From NCBI GenBank assembly GCA_963737155.1, contig CAVTRN010000002.1:2080001-2144000 (forward strand): 64,000 nt of DNA, read 5' to 3'. Each line of letters starts with the position of its first letter. The first letter of the stretch is position 1. The notes under the pieces are model-generated. The model saw nothing but the letters and a program-made list of their open reading frames with translations, was not told the DNA's origin and did not search any database. A program made the position numbers and the translations under genes. The DNA comes from Nitrospirota bacterium. Lineage in GTDB: Bacteria; Nitrospirota; UBA9217. Of this stretch, positions 50,048 to 58,994 are shown one piece after another.

Positions 50048-50200
50048 GCTGAAACGCTCTGGGCCAATAAAAATAATGCGACGATGAACATCTCAGGGCA
50101 TCGTGAGATGAATAAGTAAGAAAGTAATACTTGTCGTGATGCAAAAGCATGCATCCTTATTTGAAAACAAGATTGCAATGGTCGACACAGGAGGCAGAAC

Positions 50201-53200
50201 GTGACAATAGGAAATAAAACAGCATGCATCTTATATTTTACCCTTGCTCTCGTTGTGTTGCAGACAAACCTGTATGGTGACGAGGGCAAAGCTGCGCAAT
50301 TGCTTCCGGTCTACAGTCTCTCTGTCTCATTTGACTTGAAAAGTCATCTTTTGAGAGGCAGAGCGACAATTACTTTGCCCAACGTTGGCGATACGACGGT
50401 TTCTACTGGCAATCTCATAATCACGTCAGTCACTTTGAACGGATTACCTGTGGAATACAGAGCAAAGGATGATCTGTTCAAGATCACCGGTACTGGAATA
50501 CTCGAAATTTCATACGAGGGGACTTTCGAGAAAAAATCTGGCAGCAGTGAGAATCTTGAGAATGCAGGCGTGGCCTCAGGCGGCGTAGTGAGCGAGGGAG
50601 GCATCTCACTCACTGGCAGTTGGTATCCTGCAATCAACGGACTGGTCTATTATAAGCTCACTGCTCTTGTCCCGAACAACTTCATGGCCATATCGGAAGC
50701 AGACGAAATTGCTGCCATGGATACCGCATCGGGTAAAGAATATTCATTTGTTTTTCAACATCCATTAGCTGGGCTAGATTTTGTTGCAGGTAATTACCGG
50801 GAAGTCAAGGACACCGTTGACGGCATAGACATTTATGCTTACTTCTTTCCTGAGGATGTTTCGCTTGCAGCCAACTATATCGAACATACAAAGAAATACC
50901 TCAGAATGTATAACGATCTCCTGGTCCCCTACCCGTACAAAAGATTTTCCGTCGTAGAAAACATCCCGCCTACAGGACTTTCCATGCCCACCTTCACCCT
51001 CTTGGGGCGGGACATCGTCCGCCTCCCTTTTATTTTGGAGACCTCCCTGGGCCATGAGATCACCCATCAATGGTTCGGAAATTATGTATATGCCGACTTT
51101 AAAAAAGGAAATTGGCTTGAAGCGATCACCAGCGATCTCTCCGACCATCTCTATGAGGAGCTGAAAGGCAAAGGATGGGAGTATAGGAAAAATATTCTTA
51201 TCAATTTCCAAAGCTATGTTACCCCTGACAAGGATTTTCCCCTCAGGGATTTCACGGAGAGGACCGACTTCTCCTCCATGGCAATCGGTTATGGAAAAGG
51301 GACAATGCTCTTTCATATGCTCGAGAACCTGGTCGGTAGAGACACATTCTATAGATCGTTACGAACACTTATCAAGGACAATAAATTTAAACAGGCCTCG
51401 TGGGACGATGTTGAGAAAGCTTTCGAACAGGAATCAGGCAAAGACCTCAGATGGTTTTTCAGCCAGTGGCTCGACCGAAAGGGAACGCCTTCTTTCGAAG
51501 TGCAGTATTCCGGTGCTCTCGTTTATAAGGGAATTCCGACTGCTTCATTCGAGCTCTTACAGGAGGGAAAGCCTTTCAGAATTGAACTGCCTGCGAAAAT
51601 TATCGTTGAAAATGGTGAAGTGAAACAGGCTCTGGCGTTAGAAAAAGAAAAGCAATACTTCGATATTGCTGTAAAAGAGAACCCTTCGGATTTAATCTTT
51701 GATGATGACTACGATACCATGAGGACGCTTGCATCCAATGAATTTCCTCCTGTTATCGCACGGCTGCTCGGGGATGAAAAAAAGCTTGTCGTTTACCCTG
51801 AAAAAGAGCAGGAGAAATACGCTGGATTGATAGCCATTTTCAAAGAAGAAGGATTTGCTGTAAAAGAACAGCTCAAGGTGAATGACGAGGATATCCAGTC
51901 CTCCTCGCTCCTTATCCTGGGTTCTGAAAGTCCTGTACTTAAAAGACTCTTCGGGGCAGCCGGGGAGAAGAAGCCGGGCTTTCTGCTTATCTTACGAAAT
52001 AACCCCCTGAATACATCAAAGGTTGTGGCCTATGCTCATGGTGATTCTAAAGAAGAAGTCGACCTCGCTGTAAGAAAAATATTCCACTACGGGAAGTATT
52101 CGGTTCTACGCTTTGAAAAAGGAGAAAATGTGTTAAAAGAAGTTAACAAAACAGACCGTGGGATGGTATTTAATCTTCAATCTCCCACAGAGGGGATCGA
52201 ACCAGAAAAATCTCTAAAACTCGATAAAATAATCGATGCTGTTAGCGAAAAGCCTCTCATCCTCATTGGGGAACGGCACACCAATTATGAGGATCATAAG
52301 GTGGAGCTTGCGGTAATCATGGGTCTTTTTAAGAAAGGTAAGAAAATCGCTATCGGGATGGAAATGTTCCAGAAGCCTTTCCAAAAGGTAATCGACGAGT
52401 ATGTCACCGGAACCCTGGATGAAAGGGAATTTCTAAAGAAAACGGAATATTTCAAGAGGTGGGGGTTCGATTATAATTATTACCGTGAGATTATAGAGTT
52501 CGCCAAGGCGAACAGTATTCCCCTTGTCGCATTAAACCAAAGGTCTGAGATCGTGGACAAGGTGGCCAAGGGAGGGCTTGATTCCCTATCCGAGGAGGAG
52601 AGAAAAGAAATCCCTCAAGACATGGATATGTCCGATGAATCATATAAAACGCGGTTGAAAGAGATCTATAAAGACCATCCTGACCATATCCCGTTCGAGA
52701 ACTTTTATCAAGCGCAGATCATCTGGGATGAGACCATGGCACAAACCGCGGCCCGATTCCTCGAGGAGCGGCCCGATCGCCAATTGGTCGTGCTAGCCGG
52801 TGTTGAACATATCATGTATGGTTCGGGAATTCCAAGCAGAGTTCACCGACGTACCAGTAGCGACTATGTCACGCTGATAAACGGAACCTACGACAGGGAA
52901 ATCGGCACCTACGTTCTGTTTCCCAAGCCCCTCGAACCCCCTTTTACGGCAAAGCTGGGGGTGGTCATCAAGGATTCAGCGGGCATGGTGCTTATCACTG
53001 ATTTTTCTCCAGACAGCATTGCATTGAAATCAGGGCTCAACGAGGGGGATATTATTATTTCTGTAGATGGCAGTAAAATACAGACGGTAAGCGATATAAA
53101 GATCGCCCTCTTCGACAAGGAACCGGGCCAAGCGGTAATAGTGAAAGTGATAAGAAAAAGATTTCTGCTCGGCACGAAGGAACTCGAATTTAAACTCACT

Positions 53201-53206
53201 CTATAA
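50201..53206 (+). CDS. Exported M1 aminopeptidase - ChaN-like - PDZ fusion protein
   Basis: AGGAGG RBS; HEITH..W.E and YGKG (M1); LIGERH..H, GMEMF, AQIIWDETMA, LAG..H (ChaN/TIKI-like); C-terminal PDZ (GLNEGDIIISVDG). Confidence 0.85.
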   Translation: MTIGNKTACILYFTLALVVLQTNLYGDEGKAAQLLPVYSLSVSFDLKSHLLRGRATITLPNVGDTTVSTGNLIITSVTLNGLPVEYRAKDDLFKITGTGILEISYEGTFEKKSGSSENLENAGVASGGVVSEGGISLTGSWYPAINGLVYYKLTALVPNNFMAISEADEIAAMDTASGKEYSFVFQHPLAGLDFVAGNYREVKDTVDGIDIYAYFFPEDVSLAANYIEHTKKYLRMYNDLLVPYPYKRFSVVENIPPTGLSMPTFTLLGRDIVRLPFILETSLGHEITHQWFGNYVYADFKKGNWLEAITSDLSDHLYEELKGKGWEYRKNILINFQSYVTPDKDFPLRDFTERTDFSSMAIGYGKGTMLFHMLENLVGRDTFYRSLRTLIKDNKFKQASWDDVEKAFEQESGKDLRWFFSQWLDRKGTPSFEVQYSGALVYKGIPTASFELLQEGKPFRIELPAKIIVENGEVKQALALEKEKQYFDIAVKENPSDLIFDDDYDTMRTLASNEFPPVIARLLGDEKKLVVYPEKEQEKYAGLIAIFKEEGFAVKEQLKVNDEDIQSSSLLILGSESPVLKRLFGAAGEKKPGFLLILRNNPLNTSKVVAYAHGDSKEEVDLAVRKIFHYGKYSVLRFEKGENVLKEVNKTDRGMVFNLQSPTEGIEPEKSLKLDKIIDAVSEKPLILIGERHTNYEDHKVELAVIMGLFKKGKKIAIGMEMFQKPFQKVIDEYVTGTLDEREFLKKTEYFKRWGFDYNYYREIIEFAKANSIPLVALNQRSEIVDKVAKGGLDSLSEEERKEIPQDMDMSDESYKTRLKEIYKDHPDHIPFENFYQAQIIWDETMAQTAARFLEERPDRQLVVLAGVEHIMYGSGIPSRVHRRTSSDYVTLINGTYDREIGTYVLFPKPLEPPFTAKLGVVIKDSAGMVLITDFSPDSIALKSGLNEGDIIISVDGSKIQTVSDIKIALFDKEPGQAVIVKVIRKRFLLGTKELEFKLTL

Positions 53207-53770
53207 CATCATGCCGAAACTGAAGGCCAAGGATTCCCGAATCAGGTTCTGTGGTTGCTGTGAACCGCTGCAGATTCTGGTCGCAGATGAATCAATAATA
53301 TTTGACACGTTGCAGGTTTATGGGCTGACGTAGCTGGCCTGGTCATTCTTCAGGAGACCGGTTGACCGCGGGCTTGTCAAGCAGCTAGAACTCCAGGAGA
53401 CGCTTATTTGCCCCAGGAGATACCGCTTAAGAATATTGATGCGCCACTCACGTCGGCATTGATTAAGATGAGAAGATGCTAAGCTGAGAAACAATATTGG
53501 TAGCCAGCTATTATAAAGAGATTTTGTGTCATTGTGAGAAGAGCAACTTTTGACCGATTGCATGGACATCGCTACCGAGCCGCCATAAATATCCCTTTTT
53601 ATCACTGCGAGCAGAGAAAAAATCTTCAGTAGTACTTTCATAGATGTTACATTTTATCGGCGTTTAATACTAAGTTGAATTAGTAACTCAGCCATAGGTT
53701 TCAATCGAATAAATTATAAAAAAATCATGAACAGGTATTTCATCAAAGAACGGCGGGAACCTTGCCCTTC

Positions 53771-54226
53771 CTAACCGCGCTTACAATCGTTAGGTGACGC
53801 GCACCCTGATACGTCCCTTTTTTTTGAAAGAATTTCATGTATTTCTTCTGGCGTGTATAATTTACCTTTCCCAACACCAGGACAGTAAGCAGCGATTTCC
53901 CGTTGCCACACGCTGCTTTCCATGTTTTCCGGCCAAAAAGGCCATGTGCGACACTGCCAGGGACGGGCATCATAAACGCGACAACGGTTATTTCCCAGGA
54001 ATGGACAGTCCGTGCCCCTGTACTTCAATTGAACCATCCCGTCTTCTATTTCCGTGAATTTGGCAGTGAACTCGGCTGTTGTCATTTTAAGAAATTTAGC
54101 CAAGCGTTTCCGATCGGCGAACGACAGGTAGACATAGCCGTATTTACCGCGCGATATACAACACTTGCCTTCGCCCTGGCATTCGAAGCGAATGCCAGGT
54201 TCAATGAATTTATTTTTTTTATGCAT
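53771..54226 (-). CDS. YkgJ-family cysteine-cluster protein
   Basis: FECQGEGKCC, CPFL..CRVY..RPWQCRTWPFW, CPGVG. Confidence 0.9.
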   Translation of the reverse strand: MHKKNKFIEPGIRFECQGEGKCCISRGKYGYVYLSFADRKRLAKFLKMTTAEFTAKFTEIEDGMVQLKYRGTDCPFLGNNRCRVYDARPWQCRTWPFWPENMESSVWQREIAAYCPGVGKGKLYTPEEIHEILSKKRDVSGCASPNDCKRG

Positions 54227-54277
54227 TCGTTCAGGACCCTTTTTTATTGAAACTTTTTCCCCATTTCTAACCTAAAC

Positions 54278-54583
54278 CTACTCCGGCTCTATTGTCGCAA
54301 TCAGTGAATAAGTCCGGAGCTGGTCGCGATGCAGCTCTGCCTTTTCAAGGGGTTCGATGGTACAGAGAGCGACACCGTTCCGGTGTGCTTCCAGCATGAT
54401 TCGTTCGCACTCTGACAGATCGAACTGAAAAACGCTTACAAGCGCTCTGATGACATCGTCCATTGTATTCCTGTCATCATTGTGTAGCAGAACCTTGTAT
54501 CGGGGAATGTGTGTTACGGTGCGCTTCAGAATAGTTTCGGGTCTGGTTGAAGAATGAGCAGTTATTTTCGGGTATTTACACAT
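54278..54583 (-). CDS. clpS: ATP-dependent Clp protease adaptor ClpS
   Basis: YKVLLHNDD.NTM..V, IMLEAH..G.A, ATIEPE. Confidence 0.92.
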   Translation of the reverse strand: MCKYPKITAHSSTRPETILKRTVTHIPRYKVLLHNDDRNTMDDVIRALVSVFQFDLSECERIMLEAHRNGVALCTIEPLEKAELHRDQLRTYSLIATIEPE

Positions 54584-54782
54584 TTAAATTTTGATTGAGT
54601 GGTCCTTATTCCCTTTGTCAGCATTTCTGTATGGGATGGTAACAGTTTTTCAGTTTTCCATAGGTTTTAAAGTCAATTTAAAGAGTGATTTTCACCCGAC
54701 TTTATGCCTTGTTTTATTGTTTATTCCCGCTCCTCTTGAGCAATTACTGTTCTCTTTCTATTAAGCTAGAAAGCAAACACGA

Positions 54783-56375
54783 TGAACTCTCCCGCCACTA
54801 AACCGTAAGAACGGTTGTAGTGGGGGTTTCACGGCTCCTGACGGATGCGATCTGAAGGCAATTGCCCTCAAATTGTCTTATTTCCATCTCCCCGCGCGTG
54901 ACTTCGGCCGGTTCCCGACCTAGTTGCTGCTTTTTCTTTAACCGCATGGCACGCGTTGTTTGTTTTACGGCAATCTCGCCGGCGAACAGCATCCGGATAC
55001 CTCTGTTTTTGACAGAGACGGATACGTTAAAGTCGGCGTTTGCTGTAAAACCGCAGCGTTGGCATTCGAATTTCGCCTGAGACTGGCGATTATCCGGGTG
55101 AGTGTGCGAACACTTCGAACACTCCTGCGACGTGCAGTGCGGCGGTACGGCGATGACTAGTTTGTTTGCTCTTTTGGCCTTGTAGGTAGTGAACAGCCTT
55201 ACTTTGCCCCAGGCGGACTCGAGGATCGCCTTATTGAGACCCGCCTTGGCAGCAGCTCCGTTGGGGAGATACGCGGCTGTGCCGTTATTTGCTGGTTTTG
55301 GTTCCGGTGCCTTGGTCATGTTCTTTATTTTGAGATCCTCGAATACAATGACCTCGACATCGGAATCTATAATCTTACGGCTGGTTTTGTGGGCGAAGTC
55401 CGAACGGACGTTAGCTGCATGCGCATGGCTGCTCGAGACCTTACTCATTGCGCGCTTCCAGCGCCCTGACCCTTTTTGCCTGCGGGCCATTATGCGCTGA
55501 TAGCGTTTCCGGCGGATCTCTTTTACATCGAGATTGCGCTTTTGATTGCCGGTGTAGTCATGATTGGCACCATCGCTCGATGCCGCAGGGGTTACTACGC
55601 CGCGGTCCATGCCCATCGTGATTTTATCGAGGTTCTGGACGTTCATCGCGGAGTAATGGGCGATAAGATCGGATTCCGATAAGCTGAGATCGTCAGGCGC
55701 TGCATAGGAGAACGACACGAACCACTTACCGGCTTCCCGCGCGATAGTAATGGTTGCCGGTAGATCGTATTCCGTGTGGGCCTTAAAGCGCAATTCTCCG
55801 AGGTTGTGTGTTTTTGTGCCGAGCAGCAGTTTGTGGTCGTAGATGGTTTTGCCCTGCTTGCTGTTGTGGCTGCTTTTGCGTTTGCCGGTGGGCACGAATC
55901 TAAATAGCTCGCTGGTAAGCCAAACAGTTTGGCGGCCTGACTTCTTCTTAAACGTTGGACGCTTGGCAAGCCCATTGAAAAAGCGTTGTTGGGCGCCGAT
56001 AAATCTGACGGCACCATTCCGGAGCACTTGAGAAGGCAGCTCGTACAAAAAAGGGGTTAATTCCTTATCCTTAAACTGCGAGTATTGCTGGTCGTTTGGA
56101 AGCTGTATGCCGGTTAAGGAAAGGGAGTGTTTTCTGAAGGTATAGAAATATTTCGTTTCTGAAACCTTGGCGTTGTATATCAGGCGCTGGCATCCGATCC
56201 ACTGAGACAGTTCCTCTTGCTGTTTCTCTGTCGGATACGCCCTGAATTTGACTCCGCTTGTTGATGGTGACATGCGAGATATTATAGCACAACTCAATGA
56301 AATTAAATCAAAATTGATCCGCTTAACCCGCCTCCTGGCGCTTCGCGCCTAGCAGGGGGAATACGCGGACCAGAG
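54783..56375 (-). mobile_element. IS200/IS605-family TnpB-only (IS1341-type) element
   Basis: Left-end hairpin 56327-56359 preceded on the minus strand by TTGAA; right-end hairpin CCACTACAACCGT..ACGGTTTAGTGG ending in TTCA; no tnpA. Confidence 0.75.
54798..56273 (-). CDS. tnpB: RNA-guided endonuclease TnpB
   Basis: KFRAYPT HTH, RuvC D (GMDRG), E (FEDL), D (NADFN), zinc ribbon CSKC..CQRC; start at ATG 56273. Confidence 0.95.
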   Translation of the reverse strand: MSPSTSGVKFRAYPTEKQQEELSQWIGCQRLIYNAKVSETKYFYTFRKHSLSLTGIQLPNDQQYSQFKDKELTPFLYELPSQVLRNGAVRFIGAQQRFFNGLAKRPTFKKKSGRQTVWLTSELFRFVPTGKRKSSHNSKQGKTIYDHKLLLGTKTHNLGELRFKAHTEYDLPATITIAREAGKWFVSFSYAAPDDLSLSESDLIAHYSAMNVQNLDKITMGMDRGVVTPAASSDGANHDYTGNQKRNLDVKEIRRKRYQRIMARRQKGSGRWKRAMSKVSSSHAHAANVRSDFAHKTSRKIIDSDVEVIVFEDLKIKNMTKAPEPKPANNGTAAYLPNGAAAKAGLNKAILESAWGKVRLFTTYKAKRANKLVIAVPPHCTSQECSKCSHTHPDNRQSQAKFECQRCGFTANADFNVSVSVKNRGIRMLFAGEIAVKQTTRAMRLKKKQQLGREPAEVTRGEMEIRQFEGNCLQIASVRSRETPTTTVLTV

Positions 56376-56530
56376 TTCAAAAATGCTTATAAGGTATAAA
56401 TAGCATGAGTTTTTGTGCGGATAAGGCACCATTAGATGCTGGACGGAGGATCGAAACAGATTCTCAAATGAAGGAGAAATGTGCTCCCTATCCTCCTACA
56501 TATCAAAAATTTTTGCAGCTTGCCGTTTCG

Positions 56531-57259
56531 TTACAATCCTATCACAATGTCCGAGGTAAGCTGTTCCATTATAAAATGCCGAACAAAGGTCCGGTCTCCA
56601 GGTGAAATTTCTAAAAACCTCATTCCCATGCCCGGTTCGCGGAAGAGTCCACCTTCCATGGCACGGCTATATATCACTTTGGCTTTTACTGTGATCGAAT
56701 GATCCTTAATTAATATTCTAAGTGGTGTGGATGAGTCTTTAGGACGTGGAAAGAGCGTCCGGAGATAAATCCCCCCTTCGGATATGGTTGAGGCAAATTC
56801 CGTCCGTTCTGCGCCACCCCGGGAAGTCCCATCCCCCACGACTACCTTGAGAGGCATGCTGAGCCGAATGTGATTTCGCGGTGTAGAAACAAGTGCGGAA
56901 AGAATCGATTGGTAGAGACGGCTAGGGTCGACGGGTTTGATTAGGAAATCGATGCAACCCATATCAAGACAGGTAGACCGCGATGCAGCACCATCTCGGT
57001 CTGCGAGCACGACGATGGGAACCTGTTTTATACGATCTGAGTTTTTTACTGTTTTGATAAAATCGATGCCGCTCATCTTCAGCAGCGCGATCTCCGTCAG
57101 TATTAGGGACGGTACCGTGCTTTGCATGAGCATCAGAGCTTCTTCGGCGGAGGCCGCAATCATCACGGTGAATTCAAGGCGCTTCAGCAGAATTGCATAG
57201 TAATACCGCAGTGTAGCGCTCCCGTCCACGAGCAAAACTGTTCTGCCATCCCAGGACAT
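56531..57259 (-). CDS. Response regulator-like receiver + PilZ domain protein
   Basis: VLLVD..LILTE..MSG..FLIKP (Glu at the phospho-acceptor position), PRNHIR and ISEGG PilZ motifs, GMGMRF. Confidence 0.85.
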   Translation of the reverse strand: MSWDGRTVLLVDGSATLRYYYAILLKRLEFTVMIAASAEEALMLMQSTVPSLILTEIALLKMSGIDFIKTVKNSDRIKQVPIVVLADRDGAASRSTCLDMGCIDFLIKPVDPSRLYQSILSALVSTPRNHIRLSMPLKVVVGDGTSRGGAERTEFASTISEGGIYLRTLFPRPKDSSTPLRILIKDHSITVKAKVIYSRAMEGGLFREPGMGMRFLEISPGDRTFVRHFIMEQLTSDIVIGL

Positions 57260-57445
57260 AAGTTGTTCCTTCCCAGCCGCAACGGAGAAATTTGCATAAA
57301 AACCGTCTCATCAACAGAATCCCTGATATTAACCAGCAGCAGTACTGTTCGGCTGTGTTGTAATGAAATACCGTGGTTTCAGAAACGGTAGAATCCTTAT
57401 ACAGAATTTTCCCCCTGCGAAGATCCTGTTCCGTCTGCCTTTTTA

Positions 57446-58444
57446 CTAAGCCTGTCCAGCGGAACCGAGAACTTCCTTGTTTTTGTGAATGATCATCTTC
57501 GTCAGTTCGTCACGGGCCGGTCCTAGGTACTTTCTTGGGTCGAATTCGGTCGGTTTCTCAGCAAAGGTCTTCCTGATCAGCGCGGTCATGGCGAGGCGAC
57601 CATCGCTGTCGATATTGATTTTGCATACCGCGCTTCGCGCGGCTTTTCTGAGCTGTTCTTCGGGGATGCCCACAGCGTCCTTCAGCGCACCACCATTTTT
57701 GTTGATCATTTCAACATATTCCGGCACCACCGATGAGGCGCCATGCAGCACGATCGGAAACCCGGGGATCCGTTTTTCGATTTCTTCAAGAATGTCGAAC
57801 CGAAGCGGTGGCGGTACAAGGACACCGCGGGCATTGCGGGTGCATTGTTCGGGCTTAAATTTCATGGCACCATGCGATGTCCCGATCGAAATTGCGAGGG
57901 AGTCGACATTGGTTTTCATCACGAAATCCTCGACCTGCTCGGGTTTCGTGTAGGTGGACTTCTCAGCTGAGACCGCATCCTCGATGCCGGCCAGCACACC
58001 CAGTTCTCCTTCCACTACTACATCGTTGGCGTGGGCATACTCGACAACCTGCTTGGTCAGTTTGATGTTATCTTCATAAGAATGGTGAGATCCGTCGATC
58101 ATGACCGATGAAAATCCGGAATCAACGCAGGATTTGCAAAGATCCAAGGTATCGCCATGGTCCAGGTGCAGGGCGAATTTCACCGGCGAACCGGCGTCCT
58201 TGATCATAGCAACTGCGCCCATAGCGAGAAAACGCAGAAGAGTCTGGTTTGCGTATTTTCTCGCCCCGCTCGATACCTGCAGAATAAAAGGCGACCGGGA
58301 TTCAACGCAGCCCATGACGATGGCCTGCAACTGCTCCATATTGTTGAAATTATACGCCGGAATTGCATACTTGCCCTTCATTGCCTTTTCGAACATGTCC
58401 GTGGTCGTGACTAAGCCAATGTCCTTGTATGAAACTTTGTCCAT
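57446..58444 (-). CDS. fba: Class II fructose-1,6-bisphosphate aldolase
   Basis: LHLDHG, SSVMIDGSH, VEGELG, IGTSHG, VLHGASS, KINIDSD, FDPRKYLGP. Confidence 0.96.
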   Translation of the reverse strand: MDKVSYKDIGLVTTTDMFEKAMKGKYAIPAYNFNNMEQLQAIVMGCVESRSPFILQVSSGARKYANQTLLRFLAMGAVAMIKDAGSPVKFALHLDHGDTLDLCKSCVDSGFSSVMIDGSHHSYEDNIKLTKQVVEYAHANDVVVEGELGVLAGIEDAVSAEKSTYTKPEQVEDFVMKTNVDSLAISIGTSHGAMKFKPEQCTRNARGVLVPPPLRFDILEEIEKRIPGFPIVLHGASSVVPEYVEMINKNGGALKDAVGIPEEQLRKAARSAVCKINIDSDGRLAMTALIRKTFAEKPTEFDPRKYLGPARDELTKMIIHKNKEVLGSAGQA

Positions 58445-58688
58445 TAGGAAAACCTCCTATCGAGAATAAGATACGCAAGTAGGATCATTCTAGCACGAGT
58501 CTTGTATAAACTTCAAGAGGCTTTCGATTGTTACTTCCCGGCTAGCGCAAGGAATTCAGCATCGCTGAGCAGAATTTTGACGCCTTCCGAAAAAGTAAAG
58601 AAATTTCCAGGGAGTAAAATCCAGGATTCCTATTTATTACTGGCAATTTACCAGCTTCCTTCGAGCTGAACTCAGCTCATAAGGAACT

Positions 58689-58871
58689 TCAGGTAGGGCC
58701 GCAGTTCAAGGAGCAGGCTTGAGCCAATTTTTTTTCATCTTCAGCTAGATGACATTTCTTATATTTCAGACCGCTGCCGCACCAACACTTTTCGTTTCTC
58801 CCTGGTCTGATTGCCGGGGGATTTTCGTCTCTCCTCCGTAACACATTCAACGCACGATCAAATATCCCCAT
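58689..58871 (-). CDS. SEC-C motif small protein
   Basis: PGRNEKCWCGSGLKYKKCH; GAGGGAG RBS before ATG 58871. Confidence 0.85.
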   Translation of the reverse strand: MGIFDRALNVLRRRDENPPAIRPGRNEKCWCGSGLKYKKCHLAEDEKKLAQACSLNCGPT

Positions 58872-58994
58872 CTTTTCTCCCTCAAATATGGTTTTGGAGG
58901 TTTCATTGTAACAAAAAAATGTGCTATTTTCCATAGCGATTGAATCGCATAAAACCAGAAGACAATGGTGTTACTCAGGCAACTTTCATGCAGG

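Noticed and set aside
54783-56379. Terminal inverted repeats TGAACTCT at both ends of the TnpB element
   Set aside because: Better explained by the TTGAA target motif and TTCA right end of an IS200/IS605 element, which does not use TIRs.
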